Source: Treponema sp.
Lineage (GTDB): Bacteria; Spirochaetota; Spirochaetia; Treponematales; Breznakiellaceae
Direction: 5' to 3'
NCBI GenBank assembly: GCA_031279975.1
Contig: JAITHL010000131.1
Location: forward strand, 1,505-65,504
DNA length: 64,000 bases
The stretch's first letter is position 1. Each line of letters opens with the position of its first letter. Shown piece by piece: positions 17,108 to 26,654 of the stretch. Below the pieces are notes generated by a model. The model made no database searches, had not been told where the DNA came from, and saw nothing but the letters and a program-made list of their open reading frames with translations. The position numbers and the translations under genes are program-made.

Positions 17108-18265
17108 TTGGCGGAGTACATCATGGCGGATCGCGTTGCCCGTGAACCGGCGGGGGGGAAAGGGTATTCCGATCCGGTTCTTATTGCCAGTATACTCCTC
17201 CTGACCGGCATCGGGCTGGTAACCCTCTACTCGTCTTCCTACGCCTATGCCAACCGTGAATTTGGGAACGGGCTGTACTTTATCTCCCGGCAGCTTATGT
17301 TAGGGATGATCGGCCTGGCCCTCTTTGTCCTGGCCTCCCTGTTCCCCTTGAAATTATTGAGGAAGTGGATGCAACCCATTGTGGTTATTACCTTGCTGCT
17401 CTGTATTTTAACCCTGTTCCCGGGAATCGGGGTAACTAAAAACGGCGCGTCCCGGTGGATCAGGTTCGGCGCGTCCACCTATCAGCCTTCGGAGCTGGTA
17501 AAATTGGTCTTGCCCCTCTACCTTGCCCATATTTTTGATAAGAAATTCGATCAAATTCATTCTCTTTCCTCGGGGCTGGCGCCTCCGGCGCTTATTACCA
17601 CCCTGTTCTTTGTGGTCATCTATTTTCAGAACAATATCTCCACCGCCTTATTTATCATATTCAACGCGCTTTTTATGTTTTTCCTGGCCGGGGTGCGGAT
17701 ACGGTTCTTTATCGGCGCGGCGGTTATTCTCTTTCCCCTTTCAAGTTTTCTGGTCTTGACCAAGGAACACCGGCTGCGGCGGCTGATCAGTTTTATCTGG
17801 CCCGATTGGGAACCCCTGGGCGCGGGGTTTCAGGTTCGTTCATCCCTTTTAACCATTTCATCCGGGGGCATACTGGGGAAGGGGATAGGCCAGGGAACCA
17901 GAAAAAACGCCAGCGTGCCGGAAATCCAGTCCGACTTTATTTTCTCTTCCTACGCGGAAGAGTTCGGATTTATCGGGGTCCTCTTGTTCTATCTGGTAAT
18001 AGCCGGTTTCGCCGTCCGGGGCTACCAGGCGGCCCTACAGACGGACGACCGGTTTCAGCGGCTTTTGGCCTGCGGCTTGGTAACGATTATCATTTCCCAG
18101 ACCCTCATCAATATCGCGGTGGTATCCGGCGCCCTTCCGGCCACGGGAATACCCCTGCCCTTTTTTTCCGCCGGCGGCTCATCCCTGGCGACCACCTTAA
18201 CCATAGCGGGATTCATTGTAAATATTTCCCGGCATGCCAGGGAACCGGGGGCGGGCCGTGTCTAA
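17108..18265 (+). CDS. ftsW: SEDS-family peptidoglycan glycosyltransferase FtsW
   Basis: About 10 TM helices. YQPSELVKL...PEIQSDFIFSSYAEEFGFIG...LPATGIPLPFFSAGGSS. The start is uncertain (TTG 17108 or ATG 17123). Confidence 0.88.
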   Translation: MAEYIMADRVAREPAGGKGYSDPVLIASILLLTGIGLVTLYSSSYAYANREFGNGLYFISRQLMLGMIGLALFVLASLFPLKLLRKWMQPIVVITLLLCILTLFPGIGVTKNGASRWIRFGASTYQPSELVKLVLPLYLAHIFDKKFDQIHSLSSGLAPPALITTLFFVVIYFQNNISTALFIIFNALFMFFLAGVRIRFFIGAAVILFPLSSFLVLTKEHRLRRLISFIWPDWEPLGAGFQVRSSLLTISSGGILGKGIGQGTRKNASVPEIQSDFIFSSYAEEFGFIGVLLFYLVIAGFAVRGYQAALQTDDRFQRLLACGLVTIIISQTLINIAVVSGALPATGIPLPFFSAGGSSLATTLTIAGFIVNISRHAREPGAGRV

Positions 18266-19079
18266 CTACAGTATTGCGGAGGAATGCCGGGAAGCCCGCT
18301 CTTCCCCCAGGATGGATAAATGGTTTAAGCGCCTTATTTTTGTCGTAACCGGTATTCTTGGGGCGGAACTCGTCTGGATATTTGGGATCACCCCCCTCCT
18401 GCCCCTCGCGACGGTGGAGGTCAGCGGCATAAGCGGCATAGACCGTTCGGAGATATTAAGCCGGGCGGGGATAAGCCTCCACTCATCCTATATGACCGTA
18501 AATCCCGAAGCGGCGGAAACGGCCTTGGAAGAACTCTATCAGGTGGAATCCGCCCAGGTGATCAAGTATTACCCCGATACGGTGAGAATCATCCTGGAAC
18601 CGCGGCGGCTGGCGGCCCTTTCGTTGTGCATGGTGGAGGGCAAGCTCCTGCCGGTGTTTTTCGATAAACACGGGGTGGCGGTGAAGATCGGGAGGGATGT
18701 CCGGGAACTTCCCCAAACGCCGGCGCTGCCGCTTGTTTCCGGGCTTCCCCTTGAACAGGTACGCCTGGGAACGCGGCTTTCCCCGGTGTTCGCGCCCTTC
18801 CTCGCCCAATTGGAGGCGATCAATACCGCCGCGCCGGAGCTTTTGGCGCCTATTTCCGAAATCCGTATCAACCGGAAGACCTATGACGGGTTTGATCTGA
18901 TCCTGTATCCGGTGAATAATGCCATTAAATTCAGGCTGGAATCCAATTTGAATGAGGATATGCTTCGATATATGATACTGATGATCGATGTATTCAAGAC
19001 AACGGGCGTTGATGCCGACGTGGTGGATTTACGGACCGGCACCGCGTCTTATGTGATAAAGGGGGCCTCCTCTGGCTAA
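18258..19079 (+). CDS. ftsQ: FtsQ-like (POTRA-containing) cell-division protein
   Basis: TM segment (LIFVVTGILGAELVWIFGI), then a POTRA-like VEVSGISGIDRSEILSRAGI. dcw position. The start is uncertain (GTG 18258 or ATG 18312). Confidence 0.6.
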   Translation: MSNYSIAEECREARSSPRMDKWFKRLIFVVTGILGAELVWIFGITPLLPLATVEVSGISGIDRSEILSRAGISLHSSYMTVNPEAAETALEELYQVESAQVIKYYPDTVRIILEPRRLAALSLCMVEGKLLPVFFDKHGVAVKIGRDVRELPQTPALPLVSGLPLEQVRLGTRLSPVFAPFLAQLEAINTAAPELLAPISEIRINRKTYDGFDLILYPVNNAIKFRLESNLNEDMLRYMILMIDVFKTTGVDADVVDLRTGTASYVIKGASSG

Positions 19080-20340
19080 TGACGGTTTAGTTGTCGGCCT
19101 CGATATTGGAACGACCAAGGTTTGCGCTATCATCGGCGAACGCGCTGAGAGCGGCAAGGTGGAGATAACCGGCGTGGGAACCAGTCCCTGCGCGGGATTG
19201 CGGAAAGGAGTGGTGGTAAATATTGAGGCGACCCTGCGCTCGGTGGTGGCGGCGGTTGAAGCGGCTGAACGGATGAGCGGCCAAAACGTCCAGTCCTGTT
19301 GGACCGGCATCGGGGGCAGCCACATCGACGGGCTCAATTCCCGCGGGGTGGTGGCGGTGAGCGGAAAAAACCGGGAGACCCGGGAGATTAGCGGCGATGA
19401 TGTGCGGCGGGTCTTGGAGGCGGCCCGGGCGGTGGTTATTCCCATGGACCGGCAGGTTCTGGAGGTAATTCCCCAGTCCTTTATCGTGGACAACCAAAAG
19501 GGCATCCGGGACCCTTTGGATATGATCGGGGTGCGGCTCGAGGCGGAGGTCCATATTATCACCTGTTCGGTAACGAGCGCTGGGAATCTTATCAAATGCG
19601 TTAACCGGGCCGGCTTTAGGGTCAATGATCTGATCCTCCAATCACTGGCGGCGGGCCGGGCGACCCTTACGGAGGAGGAGAAGGAACTTGGGGTCGCCCT
19701 GATTGATTTGGGGGGGGGCACCACGGAGGTGATGGTCTATTCCCAGGGGACCCCCTATTCAACCACGACGATTGCCGTGGGGGGCGTCCAAGTTACCAGC
19801 GATATATCTATGGTAAAAAATATCGCCTTTGGAACCTCCGAGGATATCAAACTCCGGGCCGGCTGCTGTTGGGAGAGCCTTTTGGAAGACGAGGATGATG
19901 ATATTCTTGCCCAAGGGGTTGGAGGCCGGGCCATTGCCATACCCCGGTATCAGCTTTTGGAGATAATCCGCCCCCGGATGGAGGAGATTTTTTGCATGGT
20001 CAAGGAACGGCTGGACCGGCTTTCCCTGTTCCGGCCCCTGGGGGGCGGCATAGTGCTGACCGGCGGCGGCGCCCAGCTTTTGGGTGCCGCCGAATTAGCC
20101 TCCGCGGTGTTTCAACTGCCCGTCCGGATAGGAGTCCCCTTTGCCATGGGGGGCTTGGTTGATGAATACCGCAGCCCGGTTTATGCCACCGCGGTGGGAT
20201 TGATTTTGGAAGGAACCGGCCGGGATCAGCCGCAGGTTGAGCGGCCCGGCATAATCGAGGCGCCGGAACGGAATCAAACGCCCTTTTTCAAACAGATTAT
20301 CGCCAAAGTAACCGACTATTGGAAAAAGGAGCTGTTTTAA
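19072..20340 (+). CDS. ftsA: cell division protein FtsA (probable non-canonical CTG start)
   Basis: The ORF track starts at GTG 19159. The conserved N-terminus GLVVGLDIGTTKVCAIIGE is encoded in frame at 19084-19140, after the stop at 19057-19059. The only start-like codon there is CTG 19072, 6 nt after AAGGGGG. Confidence 0.85.
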   Translation: MANDGLVVGLDIGTTKVCAIIGERAESGKVEITGVGTSPCAGLRKGVVVNIEATLRSVVAAVEAAERMSGQNVQSCWTGIGGSHIDGLNSRGVVAVSGKNRETREISGDDVRRVLEAARAVVIPMDRQVLEVIPQSFIVDNQKGIRDPLDMIGVRLEAEVHIITCSVTSAGNLIKCVNRAGFRVNDLILQSLAAGRATLTEEEKELGVALIDLGGGTTEVMVYSQGTPYSTTTIAVGGVQVTSDISMVKNIAFGTSEDIKLRAGCCWESLLEDEDDDILAQGVGGRAIAIPRYQLLEIIRPRMEEIFCMVKERLDRLSLFRPLGGGIVLTGGGAQLLGAAELASAVFQLPVRIGVPFAMGGLVDEYRSPVYATAVGLILEGTGRDQPQVERPGIIEAPERNQTPFFKQIIAKVTDYWKKELF

Positions 20341-20391
20341 GCCGGGAGCCTGGGCCGTTGCCCGGCGAAGCGGGCGGCTATGGGGCGGGCC

Positions 20392-20418
20392 GCGCTGATT
20401 AGCCAAACTAATCAGCGC
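20392..20418. repeat. perfect 11-bp palindrome GCGCTGATTAG-CCAAA-CTAATCAGCGC in the ftsA-ftsZ spacer
   Basis: Read directly. It shares the GCGCTGATTA motif with the REP-like family. Confidence 0.8.
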
Positions 20419-20472
20419 CGCGTTAGGGAATTACAGGCGGAACGCCTGAAAAATATAAGGGAGGGGACTCAA

Positions 20473-21702
20473 TTGCATATTGAAATCCTAGATGGACAGT
20501 CGGACCCAAGCCCGACTGCCATTAAAGTAATCGGCGCGGGAGGCGGGGGCTGTAACGCGGTTAACCGGATGATAGACTGCGGCTTGCAGCGGGTGCAGTT
20601 TATTGCCGCCAATACGGATGTGCAGGCATTAAACCAATGCAAAGCGGGGGTAAAATTACCCATCGGCTCCAAGCTGACCAAGGGGCTCGGCGCGGGGGGG
20701 AGGCCGGAGGTCGGCGAAAAGGCCGCCATGGAAGATCGGGAGATGATCGCCAATGCCCTGAAGGGGGCGGATATGGTGTTTGTTACCGCCGGCATGGGCG
20801 GCGGGACCGGAACCGGCGCCGCTCCGGTGATCGCCCAGGTCGCCCGGGAGTGCAACGCCCTGACCGTAGGCGTGGTAACCAAACCCTTTACCTTTGAGGG
20901 GCGGTATAAAATGCGCCTGGCCGAGGAGGGAATCTCGAAACTCCGGGAGGCGGTGGACACCCTGATCGTGATTCCCAATGAGCATCTCATGCATATTGTG
21001 GAGCGGAAGACCCCCATGAAGGAGGCGTTTACCATGGCGGACGACGTGCTCCGCCAGGGGGTCCAGGGGATTTCCGATCTGATCACCGTGCGGGGGATCA
21101 TCAACATCGATTTCGCGGATGTGGAAACCACCATGCGGGGCCAGGGCGACGCCCTTATGGGCATCGGCCTGGGCAGCGGCGACGGACGGGCTGAGGAAGC
21201 GGCTTCCAAGGCGGTGGACAACCCGCTTTTGGAAGACAATACGATTGACGGGGCGCAGCATATACTGGTTAATGTGGCCGGCGGGGAAGACATAGCCTTG
21301 ACCGAGTATCAGGAGGTGGTGAACTATATTACCAAGAGCGCGGACCCGGACGCGATGATCATCATCGGCAGTTCCATCGATCCCAATCTGGGCGATAGGA
21401 TACAAGTTACCGTCATAGCTACCGGTTTTTTGAACGATGCTATTGCGATGAACGCGAAACCTGATGCCGTCAATCCGTCTAAGCCGTCGAAAACCGAATT
21501 TATCCGGTATGAGGACTGGAAGCATTTCACCGAGCGGCCCAAGGAGTCAACGGATTGTTTAAGCCACCGGAATTACCGGGAGGACGATCTGGACGTTCCG
21601 GCGGTTTACCGGAATCAGAAACATTCCGGGGAGGCCGGCCAGGAGGGAAATAAGAAATTTGCCGGGAACCATCGAGCGAAGTTCGACGCAAAGGACGCTT
21701 GA
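20473..21702 (+). CDS. ftsZ: cell division GTPase FtsZ
   Basis: [17 protein letters not shown]...GLGAGG.PEVG...[21 protein letters not shown] 20473 follows AAGGGAGGGG. The ORF-track start 20380 lies inside the palindrome. Confidence 0.95.
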   Translation: MHIEILDGQSDPSPTAIKVIGAGGGGCNAVNRMIDCGLQRVQFIAANTDVQALNQCKAGVKLPIGSKLTKGLGAGGRPEVGEKAAMEDREMIANALKGADMVFVTAGMGGGTGTGAAPVIAQVARECNALTVGVVTKPFTFEGRYKMRLAEEGISKLREAVDTLIVIPNEHLMHIVERKTPMKEAFTMADDVLRQGVQGISDLITVRGIINIDFADVETTMRGQGDALMGIGLGSGDGRAEEAASKAVDNPLLEDNTIDGAQHILVNVAGGEDIALTEYQEVVNYITKSADPDAMIIIGSSIDPNLGDRIQVTVIATGFLNDAIAMNAKPDAVNPSKPSKTEFIRYEDWKHFTERPKESTDCLSHRNYREDDLDVPAVYRNQKHSGEAGQEGNKKFAGNHRAKFDAKDA

Positions 21703-22619
21703 GGCCGGTGGATGAGCGGGATTTAGCGGATCGCTACCATTCCTATCTCGCCGCGGTGGAACGGCAGGCGCGGTTAACGGCGGAAACCTATACCTATGAG
21801 ATCCGCCGTTTCCTTGCCTGGCTTGCGGGGGAGGGTATCTTAGCCGCCCGGGCGGATGCCCAGGCGCTTTGCCGCTATCTGGATTTCCGCCGCGAGGGGG
21901 ACGGCGTTCACGCGCCTTCCCTCGCCAAGGCGGTTGCCATACTCCGTTCCTTCTATAGATTCCTTGTTGCGGAGGGGCTGCGGCGGGATAATCCCGCGGC
22001 TGTATTGGAAGCGCCTAAGCGGAAACCCCGGTTGCCTTCCGTCTATTCCCGGGAACAGGTGGAAGCCCTGCTCGAGGCGGCGGACCTTAGCGCGCCACGG
22101 GGTATCCGGGACCGGGCGCTTTTTGAGCTTATCTATTCTTCGGGGCTCCGGGTTTCTGAAGCCGTGGGCCTCAATGTGGGGGATATTTTTTTTAACGAGC
22201 AGGCCGCCCGGGTGCTGGGCAAGGGAAATAAGGAACGGCTGGTGGTTTTTGGGGCCGAAGCCGAAGGCTGGCTGCGGCGGTATCTGGAACAGGCCCGTCC
22301 GGCCTTACTGGGCCGCCGGAAGAGCGGCGCTTTGTTTATCGGGAGAACCGGGAAACGGCTTTCCCGCAAGGGCGTCTGGAAGAACTATGCGGGCCTTGCC
22401 GCCCAGGCCGGCATGGACTCCCGCCTGCACAGCCTGCGCCATAGTTTTGCCACGGAATTGCTTGCCGGGGGGGCGGACCTTCGCTCGGTACAGGAGCTTC
22501 TGGGTCACGCGGACCTGGCTACAACCCAGATATATACCCATGTGGATAACCGTATGCTTAGGGAACAGCATAAGCGGTATATACCAAATCTTAAGGATTA
22601 CCGCTCCGCAACCGAGTAA
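21699..22619 (+). CDS. Xer-type tyrosine recombinase
   Basis: [16 protein letters not shown]...[40 protein letters not shown] (R..H-R-H..Y catalytic pattern). Confidence 0.85.
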   Translation: MRPVDERDLADRYHSYLAAVERQARLTAETYTYEIRRFLAWLAGEGILAARADAQALCRYLDFRREGDGVHAPSLAKAVAILRSFYRFLVAEGLRRDNPAAVLEAPKRKPRLPSVYSREQVEALLEAADLSAPRGIRDRALFELIYSSGLRVSEAVGLNVGDIFFNEQAARVLGKGNKERLVVFGAEAEGWLRRYLEQARPALLGRRKSGALFIGRTGKRLSRKGVWKNYAGLAAQAGMDSRLHSLRHSFATELLAGGADLRSVQELLGHADLATTQIYTHVDNRMLREQHKRYIPNLKDYRSATE

Positions 22620-22640
22620 CAAAATAAGGTATACTATAGT

Positions 22641-23390
22641 ATGAAGCAAAAAAAAGAGGTTCTTACCGGCCTTTTAGTAATAATCGCCCTGATCCTTGGG
22701 GGGATAGGGTTATTCACGCTGCAAAAGTTTTGGAACCGCAATTCCTTAGCCGCCCGGATCGCGGCCTTAGGGGGCCGGGGCGGTCCGCCGCCCAGCATCG
22801 CGGGGCTCCGGGAGGCCATAGCGCTCTATGAGGATCAGATCGAGGCGCATGTGAAGGACGCCGCGCAAACCGGCGTGTACTGGAAGATACTGGCAACCCG
22901 GCTTCAGGATAGGAGGCTGCATAGAGAGGCCCTGGACGCCCTGGAAAGCGCTATCTACTACAATCCAGAGGATCCGGCCCTCCAGTATATGACCGGCATT
23001 TCAGCCGCGATGGTGGCGAAGAGTTATCTTGACATCGCCGGATCGGATCCCGGAGGAGCCGCGCGGTATTATACCCTCGCTGAACATGCCTATCTCAATG
23101 CCATTGCCCTGGATGAAACCTATGCCCGGCCCCGGTACGGCCTGGGGGTCTTATATGTGTTTGAGCTGAACCGCCCGGATCAGGCCGTCCCCCATCTGCT
23201 GCGTTTTTTAGAACTTACCCATGACGATGTGGACGGCATGATAGTCCTGGCCGGCGCTTATTATATGACCGGACAGTATGTTTTAGCCCTGGAACTCTAT
23301 GATCGTATCATAACCCTTACTAAGGACGCCGCTAAAAAAAGGGACGCTGAAGAGAATAGACGGGCGATTATGGATAAATACTATGGATGA
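22641..23390 (+). CDS. membrane-anchored TPR-repeat protein
   Basis: N-terminal TM helix, then TPR-like helices (ALDALESAIYYNPEDPALQY, AEHAYLNAIALDETYARPRY, LALELYDRII). Confidence 0.65.
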   Translation: MKQKKEVLTGLLVIIALILGGIGLFTLQKFWNRNSLAARIAALGGRGGPPPSIAGLREAIALYEDQIEAHVKDAAQTGVYWKILATRLQDRRLHREALDALESAIYYNPEDPALQYMTGISAAMVAKSYLDIAGSDPGGAARYYTLAEHAYLNAIALDETYARPRYGLGVLYVFELNRPDQAVPHLLRFLELTHDDVDGMIVLAGAYYMTGQYVLALELYDRIITLTKDAAKKRDAEENRRAIMDKYYG

Positions 23391-24399
23391 AGGCCGGGGC
23401 TTGCTGGATCTGGTAATCGGGCGGATTCCCCGTATCTCCGCCGCCGAAAAGATACGGCTCTGTTCCCTTCTGGAACGGGAAGCGGACGCGGCCCGGCTTT
23501 CCCCCCAGGATGTCAAAGCCTTGCTGGGCAGAAAGACCTATACCGCGTCCTGGACCATGGACGGACTGCGCAAAGACGCGGAACGGGATCACGCCCTTGC
23601 CCGGCTGCGGGGGATTGGGTATGTGTCCTACGGGGACCGGGCCTATCCCCCCCTGCTCCGGGAGTTCTATGACCCGCCGCCGGTATTGTTTTACCAGGGG
23701 GGCCTGCCGGACCCGGAACAGCCCTTGGCCGCGGTGGTAGGCACCCGTAAGCCCACCGGCGCGGCGGCCGCGGCGGCCTACGATATAGGGCGCTCCTTAG
23801 GAGCCGGGGGAGTCCCGGTAGTTTCGGGGCTGGCCCTGGGGATAGACGCCATGGCCCACCGGGGCGCCATTGAAGGGGGCGGCGCAACCATCGCGGTGCT
23901 GGGCTCTGGGCTGGACGCCGTGTATCCCGCCGCGAACCGCGCCCTGGCCCGGAAAATTCTTGAGCGTGGCGGTATGCTCTGTAGTGAATACCCTCCGGGA
24001 ACCCCGCCGAGGAAATGGCAGTTCCCCGCCCGGAACCGGATTATCGCGGGGCTTGCCCGGGGCACCTTGATCGTGGAAGCCCCCGCCGGTTCGGGGGCCT
24101 TGATTACCGCCCAGTTCGCCCTGGACCAGGGGCGGGATCTGTGGGTTTCCGCCGTAGGGGTTCATTCGATCCAAGGGGAGGGGACCGCCAAACTTGCCCA
24201 AGAAGGGGGGCGGCTTATTTCCCGGGGGGAAGAGATTCTCGCCGAATGGGGTTTGGGCGCCGCGGCGGCCTTGGGTTCCCCGGCCGCGGGGGAAAGCGGC
24301 GCGGCGGAACTGGAGAGCCCAGAAGGGGCTTCTCCAGGAGCAGTCTTGGCCCGCTCCCTAGCCCAAGCGCTGAAGATACGGTTGAGAGGACAGGTATGA
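23383..24399 (+). CDS. dprA: DNA processing protein DprA (Smf)
   Basis: YP.LL....DPPPVLFY.G......AVVGTRKPT.......SGLALGIDAMAHRGA...G.TIAVLGSGLD..YP..N..L...............P.....FP.RNRIIAGL. Confidence 0.85.
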   Translation: MDEGRGLLDLVIGRIPRISAAEKIRLCSLLEREADAARLSPQDVKALLGRKTYTASWTMDGLRKDAERDHALARLRGIGYVSYGDRAYPPLLREFYDPPPVLFYQGGLPDPEQPLAAVVGTRKPTGAAAAAAYDIGRSLGAGGVPVVSGLALGIDAMAHRGAIEGGGATIAVLGSGLDAVYPAANRALARKILERGGMLCSEYPPGTPPRKWQFPARNRIIAGLARGTLIVEAPAGSGALITAQFALDQGRDLWVSAVGVHSIQGEGTAKLAQEGGRLISRGEEILAEWGLGAAAALGSPAAGESGAAELESPEGASPGAVLARSLAQALKIRLRGQV

Positions 24400-26654
24400 C
24401 GGCAGAGACGGGAAAGAAAGGCGTTAACGGCAAAAACGAGGGGAAAAAAGCCGCGGCGAAGAAAGACGCCAAGGATACGGTAGAAGGCGCCCCCTTGAAA
24501 AGGGGGGAGAAAAAAGGAAAAAAAAAGGGAGAAACGGACAAATCCAAGGATCGGAAGATACTGATCATTGTTGAATCCCCAGCTAAGGCCAAGACCATTG
24601 AAAAGTACCTTGGTTCCGCCTACACGGTTAAGGCATCCATGGGGCATCTCATTGATCTTCCCAAATCCCGTATGGCTATTGATGTTGCCAACGACTTTGA
24701 GCCCGAATACATCACCGTCCGGGGCCGGGCCAAACTGCTCAAGGAACTCCAGGGGGACGCTAAAAAAGCGGACGCCGTGTTGCTGGCCAGCGATAATGAC
24801 CGGGAAGGGGAGGCCATCGCGTGGCACCTGCGGAACGCCCTCAGCGCGAAGGCCGGTGAGGTTTCCATCCAGCGGATCAGCTTTAACGAGATTACCCCGG
24901 TGGCTATTAAGGACGCGGTGGCCAAACCCGGCGCTATTGATGAGGCAAAGGTAAACGCCCAAAAGGCCCGCCGGGTTTTGGACCGCCTGGTGGGGTACAA
25001 CCTTTCCCCCCTGCTTTGGAAAAAGGTGAAGAACGGCCTGTCCGCGGGCCGGGTGCAGTCGGTGGCCCTGCGGATGATCTGTGAACGGGAACAGGAGGTG
25101 GATGCCTTTATCCCCGAGGAGTATTGGACCCTGGACGCGGATTTCAAGGTAGGTAGGTCCCTGTTTACCGCCCAGCTGGTATCCTGGGAGGGCAATAAGC
25201 CGGAATTGAAAAACGAGGAGGCGGTAAACCGGATCAAAGATAAAGTCGCCGGGGCGGAATGTATTGTGGCGGATATCCGGGAGGTTGAAAAAACCGTAAA
25301 GCCAAAACCGCCCTTTACCACCTCCCAGCTCCAGCAAACCGCGGCCAATCGTTTGGGTTTTACCAGTAAAAAAACCATGCAGATAGCCCAGCAGCTCTAT
25401 GAGGGGGTGAACATCGGCAGCTCCCGGGCCGGGCTTATCACCTATATGCGTACCGATTCGGTGCGGACCTCCCAGGTCGCGCTGGAGGAGGCGCGGCATT
25501 GGATCGCCGGGCAGTTTCCCCAGGAGTTGCCGGAAAAGGCGGTGGAATACGCGGTGGGAAAGAAGGCCCAGGACGCCCATGAGGCCATACGGCCTACCTA
25601 TGTAGCCTATACGCCCGATTCCCTCAAGGAGTTTTTGAGTAAGGATCAGCTCAAACTCTATGGGATTATTTGGGAGCGGTTTGTTTCCAGCCAAATGAAG
25701 CCGGCTAAAACCAGGACGGTGAGCGCGGATATCCAGGCCGGGGAGGGGGTCTTCCGGGTCGCCGGGACCAAGATCATCGAAAAGGGCTTTTACCGGGCGA
25801 TGAAATACCTTGCCTCCCGGGAAGAAAAGGGCAATCCCTATCCTGAATTGCGGGTGGGAGACCGGGTGAACATGGAATCCTTCCACCCGGAACAGCACTT
25901 TACCCAGGGGCCGCCCCGGTATACCGACGCTTCTATCGTAAAGACCCTGGAGGAAAAGGGAATCGGCCGCCCTTCCACCTACGCGCCGATTATTTCGGTG
26001 CTCCTGGACCGGTACTATGTAACCCGGTCGAATAAACAGCTTGTTCCCACAGTGCTGGGCAAGATGATCTGCGCTATGCTGGTGGAGTATTTCCCCCATG
26101 TGGTGGACGCCGCCTTTACCGCTTCCATGGAAACCAAGCTGGATGAGGTGGAGGAGCGGCATATCCGCTGGCCGGATATGATCCGCGAGTTTTACGATCC
26201 CTTCAAGGATCAGGTTGAAGAGATCGGCAAAACCCTGGAATCCTTCAAGGGTTCCTTGGATGAGCAGACCGATATGATCTGCGAGAAATGCGGCAAGCCG
26301 ATGGTGAAAAAGCTGGGCCGCTATGGTTTTTTTCTGGCCTGCTCCGGGTTTCCCGAGTGCCGTACCACCCGGTCTATTCCCTTGGCCGCGTGCCCGCGCT
26401 GCGGGGGCGATATAGTGGCCCGGAAAACCAAGGGCCGGGGCAAGGAGTTCTATGGCTGTACGAACTACCCCGCCTGTGATTTTATCACCCATTTTAAACC
26501 CGTCAGTTTGAGCTGCCCCCTATGCGGGCAATTTTTAGTGGAACGGTACGATAAAAAGCGCGGCTCCCACAATGCCTGTATTAATCCAGATTGCGCGTAT
26601 TTACATGCCGATGAGGAGGAAGCTCCGGCGGGGGATGCCCATGGGGGAGCGTAA
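24396..26654 (+). CDS. topA: DNA topoisomerase I with a Lys-rich N-terminal extension and C-terminal Cys4 zinc ribbons
   Basis: ATG 24396 (ATGA overlap with the dprA stop; GAGAGGA Shine-Dalgarno). LIIVESPAKAKTIEKYLG, GHLIDLP, DNDREGEAI, GLITYMRTDS. Three CxxC...CxxC ribbons. The ORF-track start 24015 overlaps dprA. Confidence 0.95.
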   Translation: MTAETGKKGVNGKNEGKKAAAKKDAKDTVEGAPLKRGEKKGKKKGETDKSKDRKILIIVESPAKAKTIEKYLGSAYTVKASMGHLIDLPKSRMAIDVANDFEPEYITVRGRAKLLKELQGDAKKADAVLLASDNDREGEAIAWHLRNALSAKAGEVSIQRISFNEITPVAIKDAVAKPGAIDEAKVNAQKARRVLDRLVGYNLSPLLWKKVKNGLSAGRVQSVALRMICEREQEVDAFIPEEYWTLDADFKVGRSLFTAQLVSWEGNKPELKNEEAVNRIKDKVAGAECIVADIREVEKTVKPKPPFTTSQLQQTAANRLGFTSKKTMQIAQQLYEGVNIGSSRAGLITYMRTDSVRTSQVALEEARHWIAGQFPQELPEKAVEYAVGKKAQDAHEAIRPTYVAYTPDSLKEFLSKDQLKLYGIIWERFVSSQMKPAKTRTVSADIQAGEGVFRVAGTKIIEKGFYRAMKYLASREEKGNPYPELRVGDRVNMESFHPEQHFTQGPPRYTDASIVKTLEEKGIGRPSTYAPIISVLLDRYYVTRSNKQLVPTVLGKMICAMLVEYFPHVVDAAFTASMETKLDEVEERHIRWPDMIREFYDPFKDQVEEIGKTLESFKGSLDEQTDMICEKCGKPMVKKLGRYGFFLACSGFPECRTTRSIPLAACPRCGGDIVARKTKGRGKEFYGCTNYPACDFITHFKPVSLSCPLCGQFLVERYDKKRGSHNACINPDCAYLHADEEEAPAGDAHGGA

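Noticed and set aside
24015-24395. N-terminal extension of the topA ORF (879-aa version). Similar upstream extensions occur for the 794-aa ORF (39551-40003), rsmH (13146-13274), hslV (27449-27625), ftsZ (20380-20472), the MMPL gene (50346-50585) and the deacetylase gene (42313-42468).
   Set aside because: The extensions overlap the preceding well-supported genes or repeats and are low complexity. Internal starts with an RBS or stop/start overlaps give N-termini that match the respective families.
24162-26492. 776-aa ORF antisense to topA. Similar long antisense ORFs occur at 20469-21525 (opposite ftsZ), 19029-19724 (opposite ftsA), 40006-41049 (opposite SNF2), 45905-47188 (opposite the adenylase) and 54959-55741 (opposite the KS).
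   Set aside because: Each lies opposite a gene with unambiguous conserved motifs. Their translations are Gly/Pro/Arg-rich low-complexity strings, as expected when GC-rich DNA is depleted of stop codons. They have no RBS or motifs.
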